A stretch of DNA of 64,000 bases from Schizochytrium sp. TIO01 (taxonomy: Eukaryota; Protista; Bigyra: Labyrinthulomycetes), in NCBI GenBank assembly GCA_004764695.1, contig SMSO01000032.1, positions 744,001 to 808,000 on the forward strand, read 5' to 3'. Positions 46,164-56,684 of the stretch are shown here, piece by piece (the stretch's first letter is position 1; the number at the start of each line of letters is the position of its first letter). The translations under genes were made by a program, and so were the position numbers. Under the pieces are notes generated by a model. The model saw only the letters and a list, made by a program, of their open reading frames with translations. It did not search any database and was not told the origin of the DNA.

Positions 46164-49100
46164 TTACTCGGAAAAATCTTCATCATCGTCATCTTGGTCC
46201 TCATCAGAAGACAATTGAAAGTCATCATCATCAGAAACTGCCTCTACAAGAGACTTTTGTGCTTTCGTTTTTGTTGCACGTGCCCGGCGGGGAGCAGGCT
46301 TGACTGGAGTCAGAGTTGTCTCCTCTTCTGAGGAAGCATCGTCTTCGTCAAATTCCTCCTCAGATTCAGAGAGCTCGACGTACACGGACTTCTTCTTAGC
46401 TGCAGCCCTAGGCTTAGCTGCAGCAGCCTTGGTTGCTGCGGGTTTAGCTGCAGCTGCTTTAGTTGCAGCTGCTTTAGTTGCAGGCTTTGCCTTGGTCGCG
46501 GCGGGCTTGGCTGCAATCTTGGCTGCGGGCTTGGGCTTCTCAGCGGTTTTCAAGCGAGGCTTTTTGCCTTCGGGCTTGGCCAATGTAGGTGTCAGCGCCT
46601 CAAAAGTCGAGGCGTCCTTGCTATAATCATCGTCACTGAAGTCTTCGTCATCATCAGAGTCGAGCAGGACCTTCTTACTAGCGGCACGAGGCTTGGATTT
46701 GGGCTGTACAGGTGTGGCCTCTTTGCGCCGCTTTTCACCGGCCTGGGGAACCTTAGATGGCTTAGGCTTGGGCGCCGGTGAGACCATCATGCGAGCCTTT
46801 AGGCGTTCAGACAAGGAGAGAATGACTTCGTCTTCCTCTTCCTCTTCCGCTTCGTCCTCCTCAATCTGCAGGACTGCAGGAGGTTCGGGAATTGTCTCGG
46901 GTTCATTCTTCACCTTTGGTGCAAGCTTCTTCTTCACTGCAGGCTTTCGGGTTGCCCTTGCTTTAGGTTCAGGCTTTGATTTAAGCTCGAGTGCAAAATC
47001 ATCATCACTTTCATCATCTTCAACAATGAAATCATTCAAATCGTCATCAGAATCCAGGTCCATGAGGGCCTTCTTTTTCTTGGGCGCGGCCTTCTTTTTC
47101 GCAGGAGCCTTCTTGGCTCCACGGCGGCTGCCAGCACCGCGGCGCTGGTTTTGCTCGAGCTCCGCAGCCTTGGCATCCTCCTCCTCCTGAGCATCGAGTG
47201 CTTCCTCCAGAGCATCGAGGTCCTCCTCCCAAAGGTTGTGCGGCTTCTTTCCACGAAGAACATCAAGCTCTTCACGTTTTCCGTCACGCTGCTGGTACAG
47301 CTGTTCAACCTTCTCAAGAGTGAGGTTCCAAAGAGGCATAGATAAAAGGTAGTCGTAACCCTTTGCCAAGATCTCAGTGCCTCCAGCAGGGGCACCAGCT
47401 GCCTCGGGATCCTGCTCCTCGTCAGAAACTGCATCAGCATCTTCCTCAGGGTCGGCAACGTTCCGAGCAGACCGTTTCTGAGGTGGGTGGAACTGGTCGA
47501 AGCCCTTTTCGTGCAGCTCAGCGACGAGATCCTTCTTCTTGCGCTTAGCGATCTTGATCTCGTCATTGATGACCATTTTCACAAAGCGAGCCTTGTTATC
47601 AAGCTTACGCCACTCGGTTTCTAACGTCTTTTCGATGTGTGCCTTACGCTTCACATACATGTCCAAACGGTAGTCAAAGAACTCATCCAGAATTTGCTCA
47701 GGTGTTTCGTATTTGCGAATCATGTTGTCGGTACCGTAAGCATGCATGTTGTTGGTGTTAACGTAAGACTCCAGACGAAATCGCTTGATCAAAGCAGCAT
47801 CTGATTTCATTTGGCGGTACGCTTCAGAGGAGAGAAAGACCGTGAAAAGAACCGTCGAGTCAGTGTGATTTTGGCCTATATCCTTGATAAATCCCTCGGG
47901 GAAGGCCTTCTCGTCATGAAGGAATTGCTTGTACGTCTGTGTCCAAGTTGAAACTGGGAGCTCTGAGATGATGATGGCCTCGCGATCATCATCACGCTCA
48001 AAAACACCACAAACCTTGTAGCGACCCGTAAAGCCCTTCTTGGCATGAATCTCTGGAGAGATCTCACCAGCGAAACCCTTGTACCATGGTTGCAACTTGT
48101 GGTCCATCTCAAGACAGTTCATCTTACGACGCAGATATTCAACCAAATCACGAGGATTGTAGCAAGGAATGTCAGTGGACCAACCTGTACCAATACCAGA
48201 AGTACCGTTCACAAGTACCATTGGCAGAATGGGAGCGTAGTAGGTGGGCTCGATCGACTGACCATCCTCTTCGAGGTAACTCAATAGCGCATCATCGTGA
48301 GCATGATAGATTTTGCGTGTAAGATTGGCGAGGCGCGTGAAAATATAACGACTGGACGCAGCATCCTTACCGCCGAGCAAACGAGAACCGAACTGACCAC
48401 TCGGGAACAGAAGGTTGATATTGTTGGAGCCGACAAAGTCCTGAGCCATGCTTACAACAGTGGTGGCCAGAGAAACCTCACCGTGATGGTAGGCAGAGTG
48501 CTCAGAGACGTAACCTACAAGTTGCGCAACCTTGATATCTGAGTGGAGCTTACGCTTAAAGCAAGAGAACAGAACCTTACGCTGGGAGGGCTTGAAACCG
48601 TCAACCATACTAGGAATACTACGCACATTGTCAGCCATGGAGAAGAGGATGAGTTCCTCGTTCACAAACTTCCTGTAGGCAATGCTGGCCACGTCAAAGT
48701 CCATAAAAGTTCCTGGTACAAAGTTAGCGAGCCAGTCCTTACGGTCAGCAACTCGGCGCTTCGAGAAGGCCATGTCGAGAGCATCACCACCCTCGTCACC
48801 TTCCCACTCCATATCAATACGGTGGCGATCAATCTCAGCAAAATACTCCTTAGCTTCAGCAGCAGTCGAGGTACCGAGACCTTTGTAGTACTTGATCTTC
48901 CAACGTTTGCGCTGCACAGGTGCCAGTGACTCAAGCCAGTGTTCGTATTCAGGCAAGGTATAAAACGGCATGCTTTCACCGCGGCGGGTCAAGGATGTAG
49001 CCTTGACAATTGGAGTGATGAAGACCTGAAGGAAACCAGGAATTTTCAGAAGAGATGGCCAAAAGTGGTGAATGAAGTTCATCAAAAGACCCTTAATATG

Positions 49101-51035
49101 AGAACCATCATGATCTTGATCAGTCATAATCATCAGATGACCATAGCGAAGACCCTTGGTATCCGTGTAAGTCTTACCTGGGGAAAGACCCATGATCTTC
49201 ATGATGTTTTGGATCTCCTCGTTCTTCATGATTTGACTGTGCGAAGCTTCGCGAACGTTCAGGAGCTTACCACGAAGCGGGAAAACACCATAGTTATCTC
49301 GGCCCACCACACTGAGACCACTGATGGCTAGAGTCTTGGCAGAATCACCTTCAGTAAGAATTAAGGTACACTTATCTGAAAGCCGTGTACCAGCATTGTT
49401 TGCATCATCAAGCTTGTCAACATCCTTGATCTTTGACTTCTTGGTACCTCCGGCCTTACGCGAAAGCTCGCGCATCTCTTTCGCCTTGGCCCAGTAGAGA
49501 ATGTTGTCAACAATTGGCGTCTTCTCAATCTGCTTGATGGATTTGTCGCTGATCTGAGGCAGAAACTTCTTGGGCCCAAACTTGGGATGGCGGGTCGTCA
49601 GAGATTCCTTGGTCTGGGAGTCAAAGGCAGGGTTCTCGATAAGACAGTTGACAAAGATCCACAGCTGGCTCTTGATTTGATGGGGCTTAAAGTCAGATCC
49701 CTTACCCTTCTTCTTGAGGAAAGGTTGCAATAACGTTGCAACCTGGTCTGCAACAAAATTTACGTGCTGACCACCCTTCATCGTACAGATACCGTTAACA
49801 AAACTGACTTGCTGCATTTGACCATCAGGGCTAGGTGCAATACAGATCTCCCAGCGCTCATTGACACGCTCGTAAATCTTACGCACAGGTCCAGATTTGG
49901 TCTTCTTTTTAGCGGCTTTCTTCTTCTTGCCACTGCCGTAATCATCGTCACTATAATCATCATCTTCCTCATCGTCGTTGGCCTCTGCCTCTTCCTTAAC
50001 ATCCTTGGGAAGGTACAAGTCGATGTACTGGTCAAAGTTTGAAACCTTGAGAGCTGTGCCATCTAGGCTCACTTTAACAGACTTATCAGTGACACCAGCA
50101 ACATCATAAACACGTTTTTTAAGAAGAGAGATAGTATCCTTGTCGAGTCCGTCAGACATACCAAAACGTGCGTAGTCTGGAGTGAAAGTGACACAGGTGA
50201 AGTCCTTTCCAGAGGCACTCTTAAGGGTAGGTTCACCCTTCACACTCATGTTCTTGGTCCAAGTCTGTTTGTACCTGTAGCCACTCTTGGAGTCGTTAGT
50301 CTCCACGGAGAACTCAGTACTGAAAATGTTGGCGAGCTTTGCACCGTAACCGTTACGACCACCAACAACACGTTTCTCGGTATCTTCGAAGTTCTCACCA
50401 GTCATAAGATGCCCAAAAACAAGCTCGGGAATGTACACATTGTGCTCGCTGTGGATCTCTACTGGAATACCACGGCCGTCGTTCCAGACGGAGATGGCGC
50501 CCGTGTCTTCGTTAATTGTAACTTTGATGTTACGCATGTTAGGGTCACGCTGCTTGTTATCTGATGCATTGACGAGGATTTCATCAAAGATCTTGTACAG
50601 ACCAGGCACGTAGGTGACATTGCGGAACTGCATCCCATCTTCATCATCAAAAACCCACATCTGCGTAGTGACTTCCTCTGTGGAACCAATGTAAGTATCC
50701 GGGCGGAGCATGATATGCTCAAGCTGCGTCTTCTTCTGATACTTGTTGGACAGCTGGGCACGCTCCATAGAAGTTCTCCGCGCTCCAGCGCTGCCCTTTT
50801 TGGCAGGCTTCGTGACATCGGCATCATCATCTAGGTCGAAGTCATCGTATGCTTCTTCGTCCTCAGAATCGCTTAATGCTACTTTCTTAGTCGAAGCTTT
50901 CTTGGTTGCAGCCTTAGGCTTGCGAGCAGCAGGAGCTTTCTTATTTGCCTGCTTCTTGACATTTTCCTTGGACGCAGCAGGAACGAATTCATCATCACTG
51001 CTCATGTCCATGCAAAAGTCTTCATCGTCGCTCAT
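46164..51035 (-). CDS. TOP2: DNA topoisomerase II (eukaryotic type IIA)
   Basis: EHIMLRPDTYIGS, GGRNGYGAKL, LILTEGDSA, PLRGK, IMTDQDHDGSHIKGL, YYKGLGTS, DGFKPSQRK and AASSRYI (catalytic Tyr). First ATG is at 51035 (MSDDEDF). Confidence 0.98.
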   Translation of the reverse strand: MSDDEDFCMDMSSDDEFVPAASKENVKKQANKKAPAARKPKAATKKASTKKVALSDSEDEEAYDDFDLDDDADVTKPAKKGSAGARRTSMERAQLSNKYQKKTQLEHIMLRPDTYIGSTEEVTTQMWVFDDEDGMQFRNVTYVPGLYKIFDEILVNASDNKQRDPNMRNIKVTINEDTGAISVWNDGRGIPVEIHSEHNVYIPELVFGHLMTGENFEDTEKRVVGGRNGYGAKLANIFSTEFSVETNDSKSGYRYKQTWTKNMSVKGEPTLKSASGKDFTCVTFTPDYARFGMSDGLDKDTISLLKKRVYDVAGVTDKSVKVSLDGTALKVSNFDQYIDLYLPKDVKEEAEANDDEEDDDYSDDDYGSGKKKKAAKKKTKSGPVRKIYERVNERWEICIAPSPDGQMQQVSFVNGICTMKGGQHVNFVADQVATLLQPFLKKKGKGSDFKPHQIKSQLWIFVNCLIENPAFDSQTKESLTTRHPKFGPKKFLPQISDKSIKQIEKTPIVDNILYWAKAKEMRELSRKAGGTKKSKIKDVDKLDDANNAGTRLSDKCTLILTEGDSAKTLAISGLSVVGRDNYGVFPLRGKLLNVREASHSQIMKNEEIQNIMKIMGLSPGKTYTDTKGLRYGHLMIMTDQDHDGSHIKGLLMNFIHHFWPSLLKIPGFLQVFITPIVKATSLTRRGESMPFYTLPEYEHWLESLAPVQRKRWKIKYYKGLGTSTAAEAKEYFAEIDRHRIDMEWEGDEGGDALDMAFSKRRVADRKDWLANFVPGTFMDFDVASIAYRKFVNEELILFSMADNVRSIPSMVDGFKPSQRKVLFSCFKRKLHSDIKVAQLVGYVSEHSAYHHGEVSLATTVVSMAQDFVGSNNINLLFPSGQFGSRLLGGKDAASSRYIFTRLANLTRKIYHAHDDALLSYLEEDGQSIEPTYYAPILPMVLVNGTSGIGTGWSTDIPCYNPRDLVEYLRRKMNCLEMDHKLQPWYKGFAGEISPEIHAKKGFTGRYKVCGVFERDDDREAIIISELPVSTWTQTYKQFLHDEKAFPEGFIKDIGQNHTDSTVLFTVFLSSEAYRQMKSDAALIKRFRLESYVNTNNMHAYGTDNMIRKYETPEQILDEFFDYRLDMYVKRKAHIEKTLETEWRKLDNKARFVKMVINDEIKIAKRKKKDLVAELHEKGFDQFHPPQKRSARNVADPEEDADAVSDEEQDPEAAGAPAGGTEILAKGYDYLLSMPLWNLTLEKVEQLYQQRDGKREELDVLRGKKPHNLWEEDLDALEEALDAQEEEDAKAAELEQNQRRGAGSRRGAKKAPAKKKAAPKKKKALMDLDSDDDLNDFIVEDDESDDDFALELKSKPEPKARATRKPAVKKKLAPKVKNEPETIPEPPAVLQIEEDEAEEEEEDEVILSLSERLKARMMVSPAPKPKPSKVPQAGEKRRKEATPVQPKSKPRAASKKVLLDSDDDEDFSDDDYSKDASTFEALTPTLAKPEGKKPRLKTAEKPKPAAKIAAKPAATKAKPATKAAATKAAAAKPAATKAAAAKPRAAAKKKSVYVELSESEEEFDEDDASSEEETTLTPVKPAPRRARATKTKAQKSLVEAVSDDDDFQLSSDEDQDDDDEDFSE

Positions 51036-52068
51036 CTTGTCGCGCGCTCCCAAAGGATCGCGCCTTCAAGGGCCAAGCTTACCGTGCGTCCACCTGCTTC
51101 TGTGCAGGCCGCACTGCCGTTCGAATTTACGAACGGAAGTTAGTGGTTTGTAGTTCGAGGTTTGCTTAATCAAACATCTCCGGCCGTTGTCGGTTTTCCA
51201 CAACCTTGCAAACCCTGAGCAGAATTCCATCAGCAGTTTTGACGCGACCTTCGTATTTTACAATTTGAGTTCTATCCTTGCTAGAGTTCTCTCTATCTAA
51301 TCCTCGGCGGTTGCACGCCTTCGATCCTATGCCTACTCTTACCAGACCAGGCAATTCTTTTTTAACATCTTGTTAGATAAGAAATTGTAAATAAACGGAA
51401 CAGGGGTATTTGGTATAACTACTTAGTATTTCTTTCTATCTGGCTACGTAAGACTGTGAGGCTAGTTGAAAAGGCGTGAAAGTCAAAACACCCGTTGCAC
51501 ATTCTTCTGATGGGCAAGCAAGGAATATAGGCTAATGAATTTATTTATGGCCACGCGCTTCAGCAGGTAAGAGTTATTGTGGGCATAATAGCTTAATCAC
51601 TGAGAAGATAGTTTCTAAGTTATAATGTTGCTAAGTCGACTACGCAACAGAACGTTGTAATGCTGGACATAGTACCTAGTTCTTAAGTTACTTTATATAA
51701 TGGAGTGAAACATTGTTTGGGAGAGACCTGAAACACTAGTGCTTTGCATTCGACTCCTGCTGAAGAGTGAAACAAATCAAGGGGATAGAACAGGGATTCT
51801 TTTACAAACGCCAAACATGGGGAGAGGGAGTTTATGTATTAGGATACGACGATTGGTTTAGTAAAATTAATCCCCAAAGATGAGAATAAAAGAGTACGTT
51901 TGCAGCACTCTCTGAAATGGACCACAGTATTGTCAGTCGCTGAGTAAAATGCACGAATGTTTGACTCTGAATCTTTCCAATAATGGATAAGCCTTGGGCG
52001 GCAATAGAGGTTTTGCTTTGTTGGCGATTTTAACCCCTGGAAACTTTATTGTGAACACGAATTTACGC

Positions 52069-52903
52069 TTAACGCTTCTTCATGAGGTAGACTGCTTCGC
52101 TGGTCTCAGGCATCGGGGCCTCATGCCTCTCGAGGAGCTCAACCGTGAAATGCGGATCGAAAAGTTCCCGCACGATATCCTCGGTCACACTATGAGGAGG
52201 GCCAGGGCGTACACCTTCAGGGTACTCAAAGGTGCAAAGAAGGACAGTAGCGTCTGGGGTGGTCTGCTGAACCATAGTCTCCACATACTGCTTGCGCATA
52301 TCCGGATCAATAGCTACGAGAGAGGCGCGATCCCAGATATGAGTGAATTTGTTGTGGCCAGACTCACCAAGATCGCTCCATCCATGGGGAAGATTAAAGA
52401 GATCCATTTTGCCAATTGCAACATGGTTCTCAGAGCCTGGCGCAGGGGCTCGGTACAGCTTCTTATCACTCTTTTCTAGAGCCTCGCCATCCCACTCGAG
52501 TTTGTGCTCTTCAGCAAATTGGTCAATCGCCTCCTGAGCAATTTCAACACCAGCAACGAAGCCAAACTGAGCAAGCCATACCAAGTCAACAGTCTTACCA
52601 CACAAAGGCACAAAGAAGTTGCATTCCCCATCTTCAGACATCATATGCTCCTTGTATTTGACAAGGTTGGGGTTCACATCCTGGACATGCCAACCAGGGT
52701 TGGTGTTTGCGTCGACAGCTGAGGTCCATCGCTTGTGCCATGCCTCAAGGTGATCTAGTTTAGATTCTAAAGCCTCCTTGACCCTCAGCTTTGGTCGCAC
52801 TTTGGTCTTCTTCTCCCTGGCACATTGCCACGCCGCCAAAGATGCTTGCAGCCACGCTGAGACGAGCCGCTTGGCGCATGGAGTTCATAGCTACTCGGTT
52901 CAT
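52069..52903 (-). CDS. TPMT-family SAM methyltransferase, paralog 1 (+1 frame break near 52770-52785)
   Basis: FFVPLCGKTVDLVWLA, WDRASLVAI and GPP motifs. The core ORF has no suitable ATG. The overlapping frame from ATG 52903 (MNRVAMNSMRQAARLSVAASIFGGVAMCQGEED) resembles the paralog 2 N-terminus (AVCQDED). Confidence 0.85.
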
Positions 52904-53672
52904 CGTTTTCTCTCCTTTATCTTCGTCACAGCAAGACAAGATCAGACAAGGCAAGACTCGATCTAAAGACAATCAACAAAGACCGATGCTCTGCGTTAAT
53001 GATTTCTTGCATGTATTTCCTGATTCAGGTTTGTTTCGTATCGCAGCTCCAAGTTTGCCGAAGAAATCCTTCGCCCACAGTGATTAGATTATAATCATGA
53101 TCCTAGGCCTAGGCATAGTACAAAATATTCATCTTAGAAAACCTATAGCTGAACTTCTAAAACCATGGAGTTGCTTACCTATCCCTTTAAAGTCAAATTC
53201 ACCTGCGAAAAGAGGGTTTTAGATGTCTTGCTATGCAAACAGATAGGACTCTATACTTGCTTGCTGGGTGCCCACACTCTATTGACATGGTGCGGATAGA
53301 CTTAAAAGAAGACACAAAAGCAAGCAAGAGGCTTTGCGAAGCAAGAAGCGCTTCCCTCGGCATGACTATCTGATCTTTCCGAGATGAAGGAAACATGGAG
53401 ATCCAGTTCTCTGACTAGTGGCAGATAGGTTGGGAAATCCTCCGTATGCTTTTACCGACACCGCTATAGCAAAAATGGCCAGGTTCTATGAAGGTTATAG
53501 TATCTCCGGTTTAATGAATCAAGAGAAGGAGAGAATATAATGCTCAAGGTTTTTGAAACCTTGGTCTGTTATTCTTAAGATGAGACTGTACTACCCTGAG
53601 TGATATGGGCACAATTATAAAATGACGATAGTTGTTAGTTTTGGGATCAGCAGATTTAACCCGTGAAACTGT

Positions 53673-54572
53673 CTACAAGCTTGAGGTTCCTGTTTGCTTG
53701 CGACGCAAAAGATAGACAGCTTCCTTTGTGCTTCGCATTGGGACTTCATGCCTATCCAAAAGTTGAATTTCAAAAAATTCGGTGAACAATTCGTGGACGG
53801 TATCTTCAGATATTGAATGTGGTGGAGGCTTTCGAACTTCCGCAGGATATTCAAAGGTGCACAGAAGCACTACAGCATCTGGAGTACACTGTTCAACTAG
53901 ACTGGCCACGTATGCTCTACGCATTTTTGGCTCAATAGCTACAAGCGAAGCCCTATCCCAAATATAGTTGAATTTGACATTCTGGGTGACGTTTATATTT
54001 GGTTCACTCCATCCTTGAGGTAAGTTGAAGAGATCTTTTTTGGCAATCACAACATCGTGAGCTGTACCGGGCACTTTGGCATGAAATAAAGTATTTGCAG
54101 ACTTCTCAAGAGCATATACGCTCCAGCTGAGATCATGTTCATCTCGAAATTGATCGATTGCCTCTTGGGCGATGTCAACTCCAGCTACGAAGATTTATTG
54201 CGCAAGCCAGATCAAATCAACTGATTTTCCACACAAAGGTACGAAAAACCTGCGCGTCTGAGATGATTTATGCTCTCCAAAAAAATGATCCTTGAATAGC
54301 TTCAAATTAGGATTAACAAAATCAAAGTGCCAAAATGGGTTATGGTGCTCTTGGGTGCTTTTGGTCCAAATATTTTGCCAGAAGTCCAAATCTCCAGGTT
54401 TAGCTCTCACTTGTTGCTCTTGTGTACTGGCGCTATTTAACATGTCACTGCCGTTGTTATCTTCGTCTTGACATACTGCTTCTCTTCCACTAACTGCGAG
54501 AAGACCTGCTGTTGCCAGGAGCTTGCAGGTAGTAGTTGCCCGACGGGCCGAAAGCGCTGGTCTGTGAAGCAT
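53673..54572 (-). pseudogene. TPMT-family methyltransferase, paralog 2, with in-frame TAA at 54195-54197
   Basis: The two track ORFs are in the same frame. Reading through gives FFVPLCGKSVDLIWLAQ*IFVAGVDIAQEAIDQFRDEHDLSW...DLFNLPQGWS...WDRASLVAI, collinear with paralogs 1 and 3. Confidence 0.85.
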
Positions 54573-55188
54573 GGGACAAGAGAGAGACGATCGATCTCTT
54601 ACAACAACACAGCAGAAATCAACGTGAAGTGTTCCTTTTGCGTCGCAAAGACCCTATCGTCAGTAAAGATAGGCGTAGGATAAACGCGTCCAACGCTTGC
54701 GGAGAGCCGAGTTCTGAGTTTATTTGTTTTGAAAAAGTGCTTACGGGTTGATATTTCTGGGTGTTGGAGATCGGAATCCAAGATATTGACTGATGAAGAG
54801 TACCTACCATATTTATTTCCATCATATGAACTCCATGGAATTTAATTTCTTTTTACTATTATTACCACAAGAATGTTTTTCTTACTATAGAAGGGCCTAA
54901 TATGTAATCTGGCGGCGTAGTCTTTGTTGATGACCATCTAACTTGAGCTGCAGGAAGAGTATCTGCGGACTGCTCTTTAAAGCACGAATGGGATATGGCT
55001 TCTGGAATTAGATAGATACAAATGGTATCTTTTTGCATCTCAATCTTCTCTTGGAGGGGGGAAGGGGATAAACAAAAGAAGAGCTGTATTATATATTTCC
55101 CATATGTATGAAGATGCATTAAATTATCGAACTCAACAAAACCAAACATTGCGAATATCTAAGCATACCTACTCATGTGGCGCAGCCA

Positions 55189-56001
55189 TTAGCGTTTCTT
55201 CATGCAAAAGACGAGCTCTTCAGTGTGCGGCATAGGGATGGGTCGCTTCATCAATAATTCGACAGTAAAATAATCCTCATACAACTCACGAACTATGCTC
55301 TCTGGCACACAGTACGGAGGCCCGGGGTGAGCCCCTTCAGGATACTCAAATGTGCTAAGAAGGACGATGGCATTTGGAGAGGTTTGTTCGCGTATGACTT
55401 CGACATACTGTTCTCGTAGAGGAGCCTCAATAGCAACGAGCGATGCTCGATCCCAAACACGATCAAACTTATGTTTCTTCGACGCCCCAAGGTCACTCCA
55501 ACCATCAGGAAGGTTAAAAAAATCCATCTTTCCTATCACAATGTCATTGCTTGTGGCAGCACTATGCGCGCTGTAAAGCTTCTCGTCGCTTTTTTGCAAA
55601 GTATCTTTGTCCCAAGTAAGCTTGTTCTCAGCGGCAAACTGATCAATTGCGTCTTGAGAGATTTCAACTCCAGCAACAAAACCATACTGGGAAAGCCAAG
55701 TTAGGTCAAGCGATTTACCACAGAGTGGAACAAAGAAGTTATGTTTTTCACCTTTTGCGATAAATCTGTCCTCAAACTGGAGTAGTCTTTTGTTTACAGC
55801 ATCGATATGCCAGAAGGGTTGCTTTGTCTGAAATTGCTCAGTCCACATATTCACCCACGACTCCGTCTGCTTTGGCTTTTGTTGTTCCTGCATCAGAGCG
55901 GTGCTGGCATGCAAACTCCGCGTTGAGACAGGATGTTGTGAAGCCTCTTGCAGGAAACTAGTGAGGCGCCGCATCGCCTTTTCGCTCGACCTTATCATCA
56001 T
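55189..56001 (-). CDS. TPMT-family SAM methyltransferase, paralog 3 (intact)
   Basis: FFVPLCGKSLDLTWLS, WDRASLVAI and GPPY motifs. First ATG is at 56001; the N-terminus MMIRSSEKAMRRLTSFL...STRSLHASTAL is presequence-like. Confidence 0.92.
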   Translation of the reverse strand: MMIRSSEKAMRRLTSFLQEASQHPVSTRSLHASTALMQEQQKPKQTESWVNMWTEQFQTKQPFWHIDAVNKRLLQFEDRFIAKGEKHNFFVPLCGKSLDLTWLSQYGFVAGVEISQDAIDQFAAENKLTWDKDTLQKSDEKLYSAHSAATSNDIVIGKMDFFNLPDGWSDLGASKKHKFDRVWDRASLVAIEAPLREQYVEVIREQTSPNAIVLLSTFEYPEGAHPGPPYCVPESIVRELYEDYFTVELLMKRPIPMPHTEELVFCMKKR

Positions 56002-56684
56002 CTTCCCTCGCTTGAACTTTATTTTAAGATAGCTCGGTTTCGACCTTCTTGCGATACAATGAAGGCTACATAAACTACGCGGGCCAAGGAAGCAGCTCTG
56101 GCCACACCCGACAAACGCGAGTGGATTCTCGCAACTTCGATACGGGTTTGAAGAGCACAAATCCGCACCAGGAAGAAACCCAATCCTACTAACACTAGTG
56201 CTAACTATTAAGTCATTTAGCAAAGATGTGTATTTCCGATCGTTGCAGGTTCGTTTATTGGGAGGGCAGAGAGATCCAACCTGCTACAATTGAAGGTGCT
56301 TTGGTTCGTTGATCAAAGACGAACGGGAGGTTTGCGCATTCCTGAGAAAATGATAGACTTGAATCTTAGGCATATAAAAATTGGATTCTTTAAAATTCCA
56401 GGATCAATATGTTGAGAAGGAATACTTATAGAGATTCTTGTTGATATATTTACTTTAACGATCACCAGGCGGGGGGGGATTCTTTTCTCACCTCAAAATC
56501 AATGGAGAACTTTTAAGTAGAATAGTGCAGGATAATGAGAGAGACCATAGAAAGAAGACGAAATGGAGATAAAAGAGCAAACGAGGTGAATTGAAACTTG
56601 AAAACGTGGCACTGGCAAGACTTTTATGTAGACTTACAACTCGTCAAAGATTCCTTTGAAGGATCACTCATTTGAGATGCCACT

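Noticed and set aside
46300-51153. Many short ORFs overlapping TOP2
   Set aside because: Alternative-frame or antisense by-products of a long coding sequence.
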